From the NCBI RefSeq assembly GCF_905370305.1, contig NZ_CAJPJX010000001.1: DNA of 64,000 nt; one strand, 5' to 3'. Position numbers and translations under genes: made by a program. The DNA comes from Actinomyces sp. ICM47 (GTDB taxonomy: Bacteria > Actinomycetota > Actinomycetes > Actinomycetales > Actinomycetaceae). The notes under the pieces were generated by a model. The model was given only the letters and a program-made list of their open reading frames with translations, ran no database searches and was not told where the DNA came from. Every line of letters starts with the position of its first letter. Within the stretch, counting starts at the first letter, position 1. Shown one piece after another: positions 30,693 to 38,730 of this stretch.

Positions 30693-31142
30693 TCAGATCA
30701 GGGACGCCCTCATCTCGACTGCGTCTTCGACGGGGTTGCGGAAATAGCGTGGCCTGCGCCCGATTTCGACGAATCCACGCGACTTGTAAAGCGCGATGGC
30801 ACCCTCGTTGGAGGGGCGCACGTCGAGGAAGATCTCACGTGCCCCGGCCTCGTGGGACCAGGTCAGAAGCGCGTCAAGGATGGCTGCTCCGACACCTGCA
30901 CCCCGCGCGTGGGCGCGCACGCCGATCGTCATGACGTCGGCTTGGTCACCGCCGACCTTGGCGCCCCCGTAGCCGATGACGTCGTCGGAGCCGTCCGTCG
31001 CGATCCAGTAGCGCGAAGCCGGGGAGGAGAGTTCCTCGGCGATCATGAAGGGCGTCCACGGGTCTTCTGAGAAAACCTCGGCCTCGAGGGCAGTGACAAG
31101 GTCGAGGTCGCCGGGACCCGCGACGCGCAGCTGGGGAGTCAT
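30693..31142 (-). CDS. rimI: Ribosomal-protein-alanine N-acetyltransferase (GNAT)
   Basis: GNAT motif A reads VRAHARGAGVGAAIL. It is followed in the usual order by tsaB and tsaE, as in other Actinobacteria. It overlaps tsaB by 4 nt. Confidence 0.8.
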   Translation of the reverse strand: MTPQLRVAGPGDLDLVTALEAEVFSEDPWTPFMIAEELSSPASRYWIATDGSDDVIGYGGAKVGGDQADVMTIGVRAHARGAGVGAAILDALLTWSHEAGAREIFLDVRPSNEGAIALYKSRGFVEIGRRPRYFRNPVEDAVEMRASLI

Positions 31143-31834
31143 AGGCGCGCGGTGGGCTGGCCATGAATGTCGGGGCGGCGCAGGTAGAGGGGGTCGGTGC
31201 GCAGTCGCTCGTCCTCGCCGCGGGCCAGTCGCGTGGCGACGATGCGGCTCATGACGGCGGGGTCCAGATCGACCTGGGGGCCGAGGTCGGCGCGCGCGAG
31301 AGCGGACGCAGAGTGCGCGGGGACGGGAGCTCCAGCGACGACGAGGCCGGGGGCGCCCCGCATGGCGCCCAGCAGCGCGGAGACGTCCCCGACTTCGAGG
31401 CGTCCTTCACGGGCGACGTCGTCGGGTCCAGCAGCCACAAAGGCCCCCCAGTAGAGTTCGCGGCGACGCGCGTCGGCGATCGCGTAGACGCGGGTGTCGG
31501 GGGCGAGCAGGTCGAGGCCCTGGCGGGCGATGACGTCAAGGGCAGAGACGCCGTAGGCGGGCGCGCCTGCGACCCGGGCGAGGACGCGCGCAGAGACGAG
31601 GCCGGAGCGCAGCCCGGTGAAGGGGGCGGGCCCGGTGCCCACGAGCACGCGATCAATCCCAGCATCGGCCAGGGTGGAGGTCAGGCCGGCATCACCGAGG
31701 GCCTCGCGGACGAGCGGCGTGATGGATTCGGCGTGGTGTCGCCCGGAGTCGTTGTGGGCGCGGCCAATGACCCGACCGTCTTCGATGATCGCGACGGCAG
31801 TGGCTGCTTGGGTATCCAGGGCTATCTCTCGCAC
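31139..31834 (-). CDS. tsaB: tRNA threonylcarbamoyladenosine biosynthesis protein TsaB
   Basis: MREIALDTQAATAVAIIEDGRVIGRAHNDSGRHHAESITPLV is an inactive Kae1/YeaZ-type fold. It sits in the conserved tsaE-tsaB-rimI order. Confidence 0.8.
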   Translation of the reverse strand: MREIALDTQAATAVAIIEDGRVIGRAHNDSGRHHAESITPLVREALGDAGLTSTLADAGIDRVLVGTGPAPFTGLRSGLVSARVLARVAGAPAYGVSALDVIARQGLDLLAPDTRVYAIADARRRELYWGAFVAAGPDDVAREGRLEVGDVSALLGAMRGAPGLVVAGAPVPAHSASALARADLGPQVDLDPAVMSRIVATRLARGEDERLRTDPLYLRRPDIHGQPTARL

Positions 31835-31843
31835 GGTGTGATC

Positions 31844-32437
31844 CTACTCGTCGGTCGCGGACTCGTCGCCCTCAGGGGCGTCCTGGTCGATGTGCGTTCC
31901 CCCGTGGGCGGCGACGACGTCCTCGAGGACGCCGTCCCAGCGGTGCCCGTGGGCGTGCAGGACGATGCGGCGGCGGCCGTCGTCCATGTGTTCCAGGTCG
32001 ATGACGTCCCCGTCGCGCTGCGCCTGCCCTCCCGAGGCGCGCCGTACCTCGATGGCGAGGCGCTCCTCACTCATGGCTTCGGTCTTGCCGTCGCCCCATT
32101 CGACGACGGTGACGGCCTCGTCGAGGGAGGAGTCCAGGTCGAGGGTCTCCAGGTCGTTGAGGTCGGTAATGCGGTAGGCGTCCGCATGGATGAGGTCGGG
32201 GCCACCGCCGAGGTTCGGGTGAACGCGGGCGACGATGAATGTCGGGGAGGCGACGCGGCCACGTACGCCCATGCCCACGCCGATGCCCTGCGTGAGGGTA
32301 GTCTTGCCGGCACCGAGTCCGCCGGACAGCATGACGAGATCGCCGGCGGCCAGGACGCGACCAAGGTCCTCACCCAGCGCGCGGGTCTGGTCAGCGTCGT
32401 TGGTTTCGACGGCGTAGGAGGCGATGGGCTGGCTCAT
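31844..32437 (-). CDS. tsaE: tRNA threonylcarbamoyladenosine biosynthesis ATPase TsaE
   Basis: Walker A reads LSGGLGAGKTTLTQGIG and the conserved stretch ASPTFIVARVH is present. Confidence 0.85.
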   Translation of the reverse strand: MSQPIASYAVETNDADQTRALGEDLGRVLAAGDLVMLSGGLGAGKTTLTQGIGVGMGVRGRVASPTFIVARVHPNLGGGPDLIHADAYRITDLNDLETLDLDSSLDEAVTVVEWGDGKTEAMSEERLAIEVRRASGGQAQRDGDVIDLEHMDDGRRRIVLHAHGHRWDGVLEDVVAAHGGTHIDQDAPEGDESATDE

Positions 32438-33696
32438 GAGGGGATCCCGTCAGTCGCGTCGGCATCACCAATGTAGGCGCGCGGGATGTGTGCACCCAGG
32501 TTGGTGACGATTTCGTAGTTGATGGTGTTCGCGGCGCGCGCCCAGTCGTCGGCCATAGGGGATGGGTCAGCGCCGAAGAGCACGGCGAGGTCACCGACTG
32601 CGGCGGGTGCCTGTCCGCTGCGCGCGGTCGGCGTGCCCGCCTCGCCGTCGGCAGGCCCCAGGTCGACCATGAATTGGTCCATGCACACACGCCCGATCTG
32701 GGGCGCGTTGAGAGGGCCGGAAGCGGTGTGGATGGTGACACGGGCGTGGTTGGAGGCGGCGCGCAGAATGCCGTCGCCGTAGCCGAGGGGGACCAGACCA
32801 ATCCACCGGCGCGTGGGTGCGATCCACGTTCCCCCGTACGAGGCCGGGGTCCCCTCCTCGATCACCTTGACCGAGGTGAGGGGCGCGGTCAGCGTCAGGG
32901 CGGGAACCAGGCCGAGTTCGGACGAGGACGCGACGGCGGGGTCGGGACTCAGACCATACAGGCCGATGCCCGCGCGGACCATATCGTAGTGTGTCTCGGG
33001 GTGCCACAGGATCCCGGAGGTGGCGGCCAGGTGACGGATGCGCGGCGTAATACCCGCGTCGGCCAGGATTGCCAGCCCCTCCTCGAAGATGCGCACGTGG
33101 TTCGCAGTCGAGGCGTTGCCCGCCTCGCTGGGGTCGTCGGCGCGCGACATGTGGCTCCACGCGCCCACGACGTCGACGAGTCCCTCGTCGACCGCCATGC
33201 GCAGGGCCGAGGCCAGGGCGGGCAGGTCCGCCAGGGTCGAACCCGCGCGGGACATGCCGGTATCAATCTTGACGTGAACGCGCGCGGGGCGACCCACCTG
33301 CCGGGCGGCGGCGCAGATGTCGGCAAGCACCCACGTCCAAGACACGGAGACGTCAATATCGGACTCGATGGCCGCAGCAAAATCGGAGGAGGAGGTGGAA
33401 ATCCACGCGAGGAGAGGGGCGTCGGCGCGCGCAACCCCGGCCTCGTCGAGGCCTTTGCGCAGCGTGAACGCTTCGGCCAGCTGCGCGACCCCCAGCCAGT
33501 CGGCACCGCCCTCCAGGGCCGCGAGCGCGACGGGGACCAGGCCGTGACCGTAGGCGTTGGCCTTGACGGTCGCGAGCTGGAGCGCGTCGGGGGCGGCGGC
33601 GCGCAGGACGCCCAGATTATGACGGATAGCGGCCAGGTCAACGACCGCGCGTGACGGGTAATCCCGTCCTTGACCGTGTTCGTTCGTGAAAGTCAC
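32434..33696 (-). CDS. alr: Alanine racemase
   Basis: The PLP-lysine context is ATVKANAYGHG. The C-terminal beta-domain is present. It overlaps tsaE by 4 nt. Confidence 0.9.
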   Translation of the reverse strand: MTFTNEHGQGRDYPSRAVVDLAAIRHNLGVLRAAAPDALQLATVKANAYGHGLVPVALAALEGGADWLGVAQLAEAFTLRKGLDEAGVARADAPLLAWISTSSSDFAAAIESDIDVSVSWTWVLADICAAARQVGRPARVHVKIDTGMSRAGSTLADLPALASALRMAVDEGLVDVVGAWSHMSRADDPSEAGNASTANHVRIFEEGLAILADAGITPRIRHLAATSGILWHPETHYDMVRAGIGLYGLSPDPAVASSSELGLVPALTLTAPLTSVKVIEEGTPASYGGTWIAPTRRWIGLVPLGYGDGILRAASNHARVTIHTASGPLNAPQIGRVCMDQFMVDLGPADGEAGTPTARSGQAPAAVGDLAVLFGADPSPMADDWARAANTINYEIVTNLGAHIPRAYIGDADATDGIPS

Positions 33697-33756
33697 TCCC
33701 CTATTATCTCACGCAGGCCCGAGCGCGCCGTGCGGCTGCGCCTGCACCCTTCCATC

Positions 33757-35502
33757 TCAGGAGCCGAAAGCGGCGAGGACCTCCGGGATTGCGTCAGCAA
33801 TGTCGCGCGCCTGAATGGGGGCGCGACCGTTGTACTGATCGGTGGCCACCTTCGCCGCGTGACCGTGGAGCCACACGGCCGACACCAGTCGTTCGGGCGT
33901 CACGGCCTGCGGTTTTCCGTCGGGTCCCGGCAGCGCGTGCTCGTCCCTGACGGGGCGGGCGAGGATACCGGCGATCAGGCCGGCCAGGACGTCGCCGCTG
34001 CCCGCTGTGCCTGCCCACGACGTGGTGGTCGGCGCAACCAGCGTGGAGTCGCAGCGGGTGCTCGTCTGCTCCATCGTGTCCGGGTCGGGAAAGCCCAACT
34101 CCGGGTTGATAAAGCTGGCGAGCAGCGCCTGATCACGGAGCTTGTCCGCATATTCGAAAGATCGCACAACGGTGACAGGACCCTTGAGGACGACGTGGCA
34201 GCCCGTGACATCGTGGAGGAGATTCGCGTAGCGCAGGGGGGCTGCGGCGACCTCATCCCGCTTCGTCGGCGTGCCGAGCCTCGTCAGCAGCCGCGCGGCC
34301 TCACCGTGGTGCGGGGTGAGGACGGTGGTCTCGGGGTTGATGGTGTCCGCCAGCTCGGGAATCAGGTCGAGGGCCCCGGCGTCGATGACGAGCGGCACGC
34401 CGGACTGGCCGCAGAATTGCGCGAGTTCAAGCGCATCCTCGCGGCGCTCCTCATCCAGGCCTGGCCCTATGAGGGCTGCCTGGATGCGCCCGCCCATCAT
34501 GACGACGCCCGGTTCGGCGGCCAGGACCAGGTCCTGGACGCGTCGGGTCGAGTTAAGGCGGACCATGCCGACGCCCGATGCCAGGGCCCCGCGCGTGGCG
34601 AGCAGGCCAGCGCCCGGGTAGGTGTCGGATCCCGCGACGAGGCCGACGACACCGCGCGCGTACTTGTCGTCGTCGAAGGCCGGGGCTTGGACGAACCGAC
34701 TGCCGCCGGTTCCCTCGTAGAAGTACACCGGGACCTCGCCGTTCGTTTCCTCCGTGTCAGCGGGGGTCAGACCAACGAGTCCGGTCCACTCCATCTCGAT
34801 GAGTTCCAAGGCACCACAATACTGCGCGGCCGGCGGCAGGATCTGGGCGCGTTTGAAGCTGCCCACGGCCATCGTGTGCGTGGCACGCATGACGGCACCC
34901 GTCACATGCCCCTCGTCGTCGGTCAGGCCCGAGGGCACATCAATCGAGACGATGGCGGGGTGCATCAGGATTGAGTATTCATTGAGCTGCTCAACGGCCT
35001 CGGCGAGGTTCCCTGTGAGGGCTCCCTTTCCGCCGATGCCAACGATGCCGTCGATCCACACTTTCGCGAATGCCACCAGGGAGAGCTGGGGGGAGTCAAA
35101 AACTGTGGTGATTGAGTCTCCCTTGAGGTCCACGATGGTGACCCCGGATGCTTTGGCGGCGCGCAGCGCACGGGAGTGGTGCTTGCGCTTGAGCAGGATC
35201 GCCGCCACGCTGACGCCCATGTCAGCGAGGGTCGCGCATGCGTAGAGGGCGTCGCCACCGTTGTCGCCACCTCCAATGAAGGCGACGACGTCCACCCGTG
35301 GGCCGGGGACGACGGGTTCGTGAGGTTCGGTCAGCAGAGGGGCCGTGTCGCCGACGAGGCGAGCAACGCGCTGCGCGACCGCGTCGCCGACCTGGCGCAT
35401 ATACAGGTCCGGATCATCGATCTCCGCAGCCTCACGGACAAAGCGCTCTTCGACTGAGCGCGCCTGCGGGAACGTCAGGGCGGGGCCGTCACATGTCAAC
35501 AT
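33757..35502 (-). CDS. nnr: Bifunctional NAD(P)H-hydrate epimerase / ADP-dependent dehydratase
   Basis: The YjeF_N domain has GGGDNGGDALYACATLA and the C-terminal carbohydrate-kinase-like domain has AGTAGSGDVLAG. Start chosen at MLTCDGPALTF. The upstream ATG at 35619 is possible. Confidence 0.8.
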   Translation of the reverse strand: MLTCDGPALTFPQARSVEERFVREAAEIDDPDLYMRQVGDAVAQRVARLVGDTAPLLTEPHEPVVPGPRVDVVAFIGGGDNGGDALYACATLADMGVSVAAILLKRKHHSRALRAAKASGVTIVDLKGDSITTVFDSPQLSLVAFAKVWIDGIVGIGGKGALTGNLAEAVEQLNEYSILMHPAIVSIDVPSGLTDDEGHVTGAVMRATHTMAVGSFKRAQILPPAAQYCGALELIEMEWTGLVGLTPADTEETNGEVPVYFYEGTGGSRFVQAPAFDDDKYARGVVGLVAGSDTYPGAGLLATRGALASGVGMVRLNSTRRVQDLVLAAEPGVVMMGGRIQAALIGPGLDEERREDALELAQFCGQSGVPLVIDAGALDLIPELADTINPETTVLTPHHGEAARLLTRLGTPTKRDEVAAAPLRYANLLHDVTGCHVVLKGPVTVVRSFEYADKLRDQALLASFINPELGFPDPDTMEQTSTRCDSTLVAPTTTSWAGTAGSGDVLAGLIAGILARPVRDEHALPGPDGKPQAVTPERLVSAVWLHGHAAKVATDQYNGRAPIQARDIADAIPEVLAAFGS

Positions 35503-35830
35503 GTCTTCATTGTCCCATGTCTTCGCGCGCCTCCGCGCGCTTCCAGACGGCGCTCGCGGGCACGAAGCCCTGCGCCGAGGCCCGGGAGAGACTGCGGTCC
35601 TGGGATCCTCCGGCTTCACGGCAGTCGCGCACCCTCTGGGAACCGATGCGGCGGTCGCGCGCTACCTTCACGATGAGGTCGAGCCACGGGCCGCTCGAGG
35701 CAACGACGAGCGCACCAAAGACGCGCGCGCCGGGGGCCAGCCCCCGATGGAACCTGTTCTACAGACGGTCCTGTGGGGCCAGCCCGTCCAGCTCTTTACT
35801 CCCCCGACTCCGGGGGAGTGAACGCGCCGG

Positions 35831-36730
35831 TTAGGCGACGTCGAGGGTCTTGGCGACACCCGCCAGGACCGCGCCCACGATGACCAAGGCGACGCCGATG
35901 ATGGTCCAGCGCAGCTCCTTGCGCGTGCGGGTTTCGTGGAGCCAGAGGATTCCCAGCGGGGTGGAGATCAGGATTCCGAGCTGGGAGAGCGTGAAGCCGG
36001 TGCCGGCGCCCAGGTTGTTGGAGTTGAGCTGGAGCAGCAGGATGGCGGTGCCCCACAGGACGCCGTTGACAATCGAGGGGAACATGCGGCGGTGACGCAG
36101 CGAGTCCTCGGGGGCGACGCCGCCGCGGCCCTGGATTGCGAAGAAGGCACCGCAGTAGGCGGTGTAGCCGATCGCCTGGGGCAGCAGGAATTCGGCGGGC
36201 TGGATACCGAAGTACTTGATGATAAGCGGGAAGGCCACGAGTCCCAGCGTGGAGGTGGTCAGCAGGAACGCGCCCCGCTTCCAGTCGAGGGAGGCCGCGT
36301 CGGAGCCGGACTCGGAGCGGGAGAGGAACCGGATGCCGACGATGAGGACGGCGATGGCGGCGAGGCCGTAGGGCAGTGCGCCGCCGTGGAGCCACTCGCC
36401 GAAGATCGCGATGCCAGCCAGGGACATGAGGACCAGCTGGCCGCCGGTGGACAAGGGCATCGTGCGGCTCATGCCGAGCACCGAGTAGGAGCGCAGCTGA
36501 TCGCACACACCGACGCCGAGGAGCAGACCGGTCAGGAAGGAGACGCCCAGGTTCAGGGGTGTCCACGCGGGGTGCAGGAACGGGGTGGCGACGGCAGCCA
36601 TGAGCAGGCCGCCGAGGACGGCACCCATGACTCGCTGGCGGTCTGAGCCACCGGTTTTTCCCATCAGCGTCGTAGCGACGCCGAAGAAGACTGAGGGCAG
36701 GATGCCGATGAGGATCGTGGACAGAGTCAT
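35831..36730 (-). CDS. GRP-family (GlcU/RbsU-like) sugar uptake permease
   Basis: About 10 TM helices. MTLSTILIGILPSVFFGVATTLMGKTGG...YSVLGMSRTMPLSTGGQLV match the glucose/ribose porter family. Confidence 0.7.
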   Translation of the reverse strand: MTLSTILIGILPSVFFGVATTLMGKTGGSDRQRVMGAVLGGLLMAAVATPFLHPAWTPLNLGVSFLTGLLLGVGVCDQLRSYSVLGMSRTMPLSTGGQLVLMSLAGIAIFGEWLHGGALPYGLAAIAVLIVGIRFLSRSESGSDAASLDWKRGAFLLTTSTLGLVAFPLIIKYFGIQPAEFLLPQAIGYTAYCGAFFAIQGRGGVAPEDSLRHRRMFPSIVNGVLWGTAILLLQLNSNNLGAGTGFTLSQLGILISTPLGILWLHETRTRKELRWTIIGVALVIVGAVLAGVAKTLDVA

Positions 36731-36953
36731 GTGCGCACCTCCTGGGGTGGTCGCGGCCCCGTTTCACGAGGCCGGGGCTTGTTTGCGTTGAATAGTGCGG
36801 CGGGTGCGCCGTCACCTCTTCCACGCTAGTCGCCGCCTCCCCCTCGCTTGCAATCTCCATCGCGCTTTTGGCTACTGTTTCACATGCACATCGTGAAGCC
36901 TTTCACCAGATCAGGCCCACTCGATGACGCAGCGCACGCCCGGTTCCGTAAAA

Positions 36954-37013
36954 CTGACGCCGCTCCGTAAAAGCGGCCCGGGCCTCGTCCCAGATGAGGA
37001 ACGAGGCCCGGGA
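36954..37013. repeat. Direct repeat copy 1 (60 bp) bounding the left side of the island. It contains a terminator hairpin.
   Basis: CTGACGCCGCTCCGTAAAAGCGGCCCGGGCCTCGTCCCAGATGAGGAACGAGGCCCGGGA is identical to 38638..38697. CCGGGCCTCGT / ACGAGGCCCGG form an 11-bp stem. On the minus strand the hairpin is followed by GCTTTTACGG. Confidence 0.9.
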
Positions 37014-37104
37014 ACGTTCACGGGGCCACAGCCCTGGCATCAGACTATAGGGCGAACAAGGTGCAGGAGAGACGCGCACAGCCCTTGTAAGAAAACCGCC
37101 TGAA

Positions 37105-37560
37105 CTACATGTTGGGAGCGAACGTAATTTCGCCGGAGCGAATGAGAGGCAGAAGAACTGCCGTGCCGGTGACCCGCGTGGTCAGGTCACTGAGGGCTTC
37201 ACGAACAAAGGGAATCGCTGCCATGAGCGCGACTTTCGATGCGAATTCGGCAGATGCTTCAGGAGCGAGAACAAACTCCTCAGACCCCGCATAATCGGTG
37301 ATGACAGCGATAATGGCCTGCCACTGCGCGGCTTTGAAATGGAATTCAAACCGTGCTCCGAACTCTTTTCCTTCCTGTCGAGTCCCGAGCTTGCAGTCAA
37401 TCTCGATCGGAGTCGACTCGCTGTCTTCACGATCGATACCTGCCTGCGGAGCATTGTCTTTGAGGTCAATCGACAGGTGGTCAAAGCGGATAGCTGCCAG
37501 CTGGAGTTCCGCAATCCTGAGCATCTCGTCGGCGCTTACCAAGAGGGGTACGTCAGACAT
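37105..37560 (-). CDS. SecB-like chaperone of a toxin-antitoxin-chaperone (TAC) module (tentative)
   Basis: Acidic 151-aa protein. It overlaps the stop of the antitoxin gene by 8 nt. The segments LRIAELQLAAIRFDHLSIDLKDNAP and AIPFVREALSDLTTRVTGTAVLLPLI resemble the SecB strand and C-terminal helix regions. It is in the same third position as Rv1957 in the M. tuberculosis higB1-higA1-Rv1957 operon. Confidence 0.5.
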   Translation of the reverse strand: MSDVPLLVSADEMLRIAELQLAAIRFDHLSIDLKDNAPQAGIDREDSESTPIEIDCKLGTRQEGKEFGARFEFHFKAAQWQAIIAVITDYAGSEEFVLAPEASAEFASKVALMAAIPFVREALSDLTTRVTGTAVLLPLIRSGEITFAPNM

Positions 37561-37942
37561 GAGCTGGCTCCTGGGTAATGGTCCAGCCGTCTGCGATTAC
37601 CTGTGCCTGACGCGGTGTCGCCGGAACACGGACAGTCGCCTTGGCGGCTCCGGTCATCTGCCACGCAGAGGGCACGCCCTCACCACAGTCATCGACAACC
37701 TTAATGTCGAGGAGCGCATCGACGGCCATCGCGTAACGGATGATGGATGACACGGTCGGGTTAGCGTCATAGCGTTCAAACGCGGCGACCGTCGGCTGAC
37801 TGACGCCCATGCGCTCGGCGACAGTCTGCTGGCTAAGCTTATGCTCCTTGCGGAAGCTTACCAAATCCTCGAGAAGGCGATCCTTCGCATCGACCAGCAG
37901 ATCTGCGCGGCGCTCAAGGATCTCATCACTCACTGAAGTCAT
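37553..37942 (-). CDS. higA: HigA-like XRE-family HTH antitoxin (TAC-type)
   Basis: The HTH reads LSQQTVAERMGVSQPTVAAFER, followed by RYAMAVDALL. Both closely parallel the LSQ..VA.RMGV.QPTVS.FEK / RYARALDA pattern of mycobacterial HigA1. A short C-terminal tail follows the HTH. Confidence 0.75.
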   Translation of the reverse strand: MTSVSDEILERRADLLVDAKDRLLEDLVSFRKEHKLSQQTVAERMGVSQPTVAAFERYDANPTVSSIIRYAMAVDALLDIKVVDDCGEGVPSAWQMTGAAKATVRVPATPRQAQVIADGWTITQEPAHV

Positions 37943-37982
37943 AGATTAAACTATATAAGTGTGAGATGACGTTATGCAAACT

Positions 37983-38537
37983 TCAGTCATGTTGTGTGCG
38001 CCGCTCGACACCCCAGCATGTGGAATATCCCGAGTTGAGGAGGCTTTCGGCAATGCCGATCTCAGCGTCTTGCACGGCCTTGGTCGCAGCCGGGTCCCCC
38101 TCGACGATTACCTTCTCATGAACATGAAGGCCTAGTATGCAAAGGCCAAGCTGATCAAATGGCTGAGCATGGATGAGGCGGACCTCAACCGGAATCCCTA
38201 TGCGATTGACTTCGTTAACAGAGATCTCTCCCCCGGCCCAGCGTATTTCGAAGAGAACGTCATCGCCGCGCAGAGACTTCAGTTCTTCCGGTGGATAAAG
38301 CTTACCCTTGGCTGCCCTTTCAAGGCGCTTTTTGAAATGAGCGCGGTTAATCTTATCCAGGTATGGATTCCAGCGGCGGTTTGCCGGAGCCTTGATGGCT
38401 CCCATGAGAGCCTCCACAGCTAATATGATGTGCTCTTGGCCTGTGCCATTGCCGCCGCCATACCAATAGAAGTCCACAGGCAGGTCGAGGCACGCATTCG
38501 ACCTGGAGGAATTATCTGCGACGCTCATGAACTCCAT
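37983..38537 (-). CDS. higB: HigB-like (RelE/ParE superfamily, Gp49-type) toxin with an N-terminal extension
   Basis: The core LKSLRGDDVLFEIRWAGGE...VRLIHAQPFDQLGLCILGLHVHEKV parallels mycobacterial HigB1 (IKPIRGDILELRW ... FRVLFFRW..HPVALTAFYKNQQK). Start taken at the ATG at 38537 (MEFMSVADN) because a promoter and palindrome lie just upstream. An internal ATG at 38405 (MGAIKAP) would give a 140-aa canonical-size toxin. The track ORF start at 38630 lies inside the flanking repeat and is rejected. Confidence 0.65.
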   Translation of the reverse strand: MEFMSVADNSSRSNACLDLPVDFYWYGGGNGTGQEHIILAVEALMGAIKAPANRRWNPYLDKINRAHFKKRLERAAKGKLYPPEELKSLRGDDVLFEIRWAGGEISVNEVNRIGIPVEVRLIHAQPFDQLGLCILGLHVHEKVIVEGDPAATKAVQDAEIGIAESLLNSGYSTCWGVERRTQHD

Positions 38538-38558
38538 GGTAGCCCGGTGGTATTGAAT

Positions 38559-38579
38559 TGTGAGCGCACATGCCGTCAA
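38559..38579 (-). promoter_or_regulatory. Candidate autoregulated promoter of the TAC operon: 12-bp perfect palindrome TGTGAGCGCACA abutting a -35-like TTGACG
   Basis: The minus strand reads TTGACG-gca-TGTGCGCTCACA-attcaatacc..ATG. The palindrome sits between the -35 and -10 positions, as expected for a HigA-type operator. Confidence 0.5.
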
Positions 38580-38637
38580 CGGCTTGCCACGTACGACACG
38601 CAAGGGGAACTCACAGTCGCCCCCGAGCATGAGGAAG

Positions 38638-38697
38638 CTGACGCCGCTCCGTAAAAGCGGCCCGGGCCTCGTCCCAGATGAGGAACGAGGCCCGGGA
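38638..38697. repeat. Direct repeat copy 2 (60 bp), which is the native glmS intrinsic terminator
   Basis: Identical to 36954..37013. It lies 34-93 nt downstream of the glmS stop, on the glmS strand. Confidence 0.9.
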
Positions 38698-38730
38698 GCG
38701 CTGCCGGGGCACGCGCCCCGCGCGAGTGGA

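Larger units (their letters stand above)
36954..38697 (-). mobile_element. About 1.7-kb low-GC insertion island downstream of glmS, bounded by 60-bp direct repeats and carrying a three-gene TAC-like module. No integrase or transposase.
   Basis: Identical 60-mers sit at both ends. Interior GC is visibly lower (about 52-55%) than the roughly 68% flanks. Its position immediately 3' of glmS matches the attTn7-type hotspot. Confidence 0.65.

Noticed and set aside
36954-38697. Tn7-like or CRISPR-associated transposon at the glmS 3' hotspot
   Set aside because: No tnsA/B/C/D, tniQ, cas genes or CRISPR array are present. The 60-bp terminal duplication is inconsistent with Tn7 5-bp target duplications. 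Only the hotspot location is shared.
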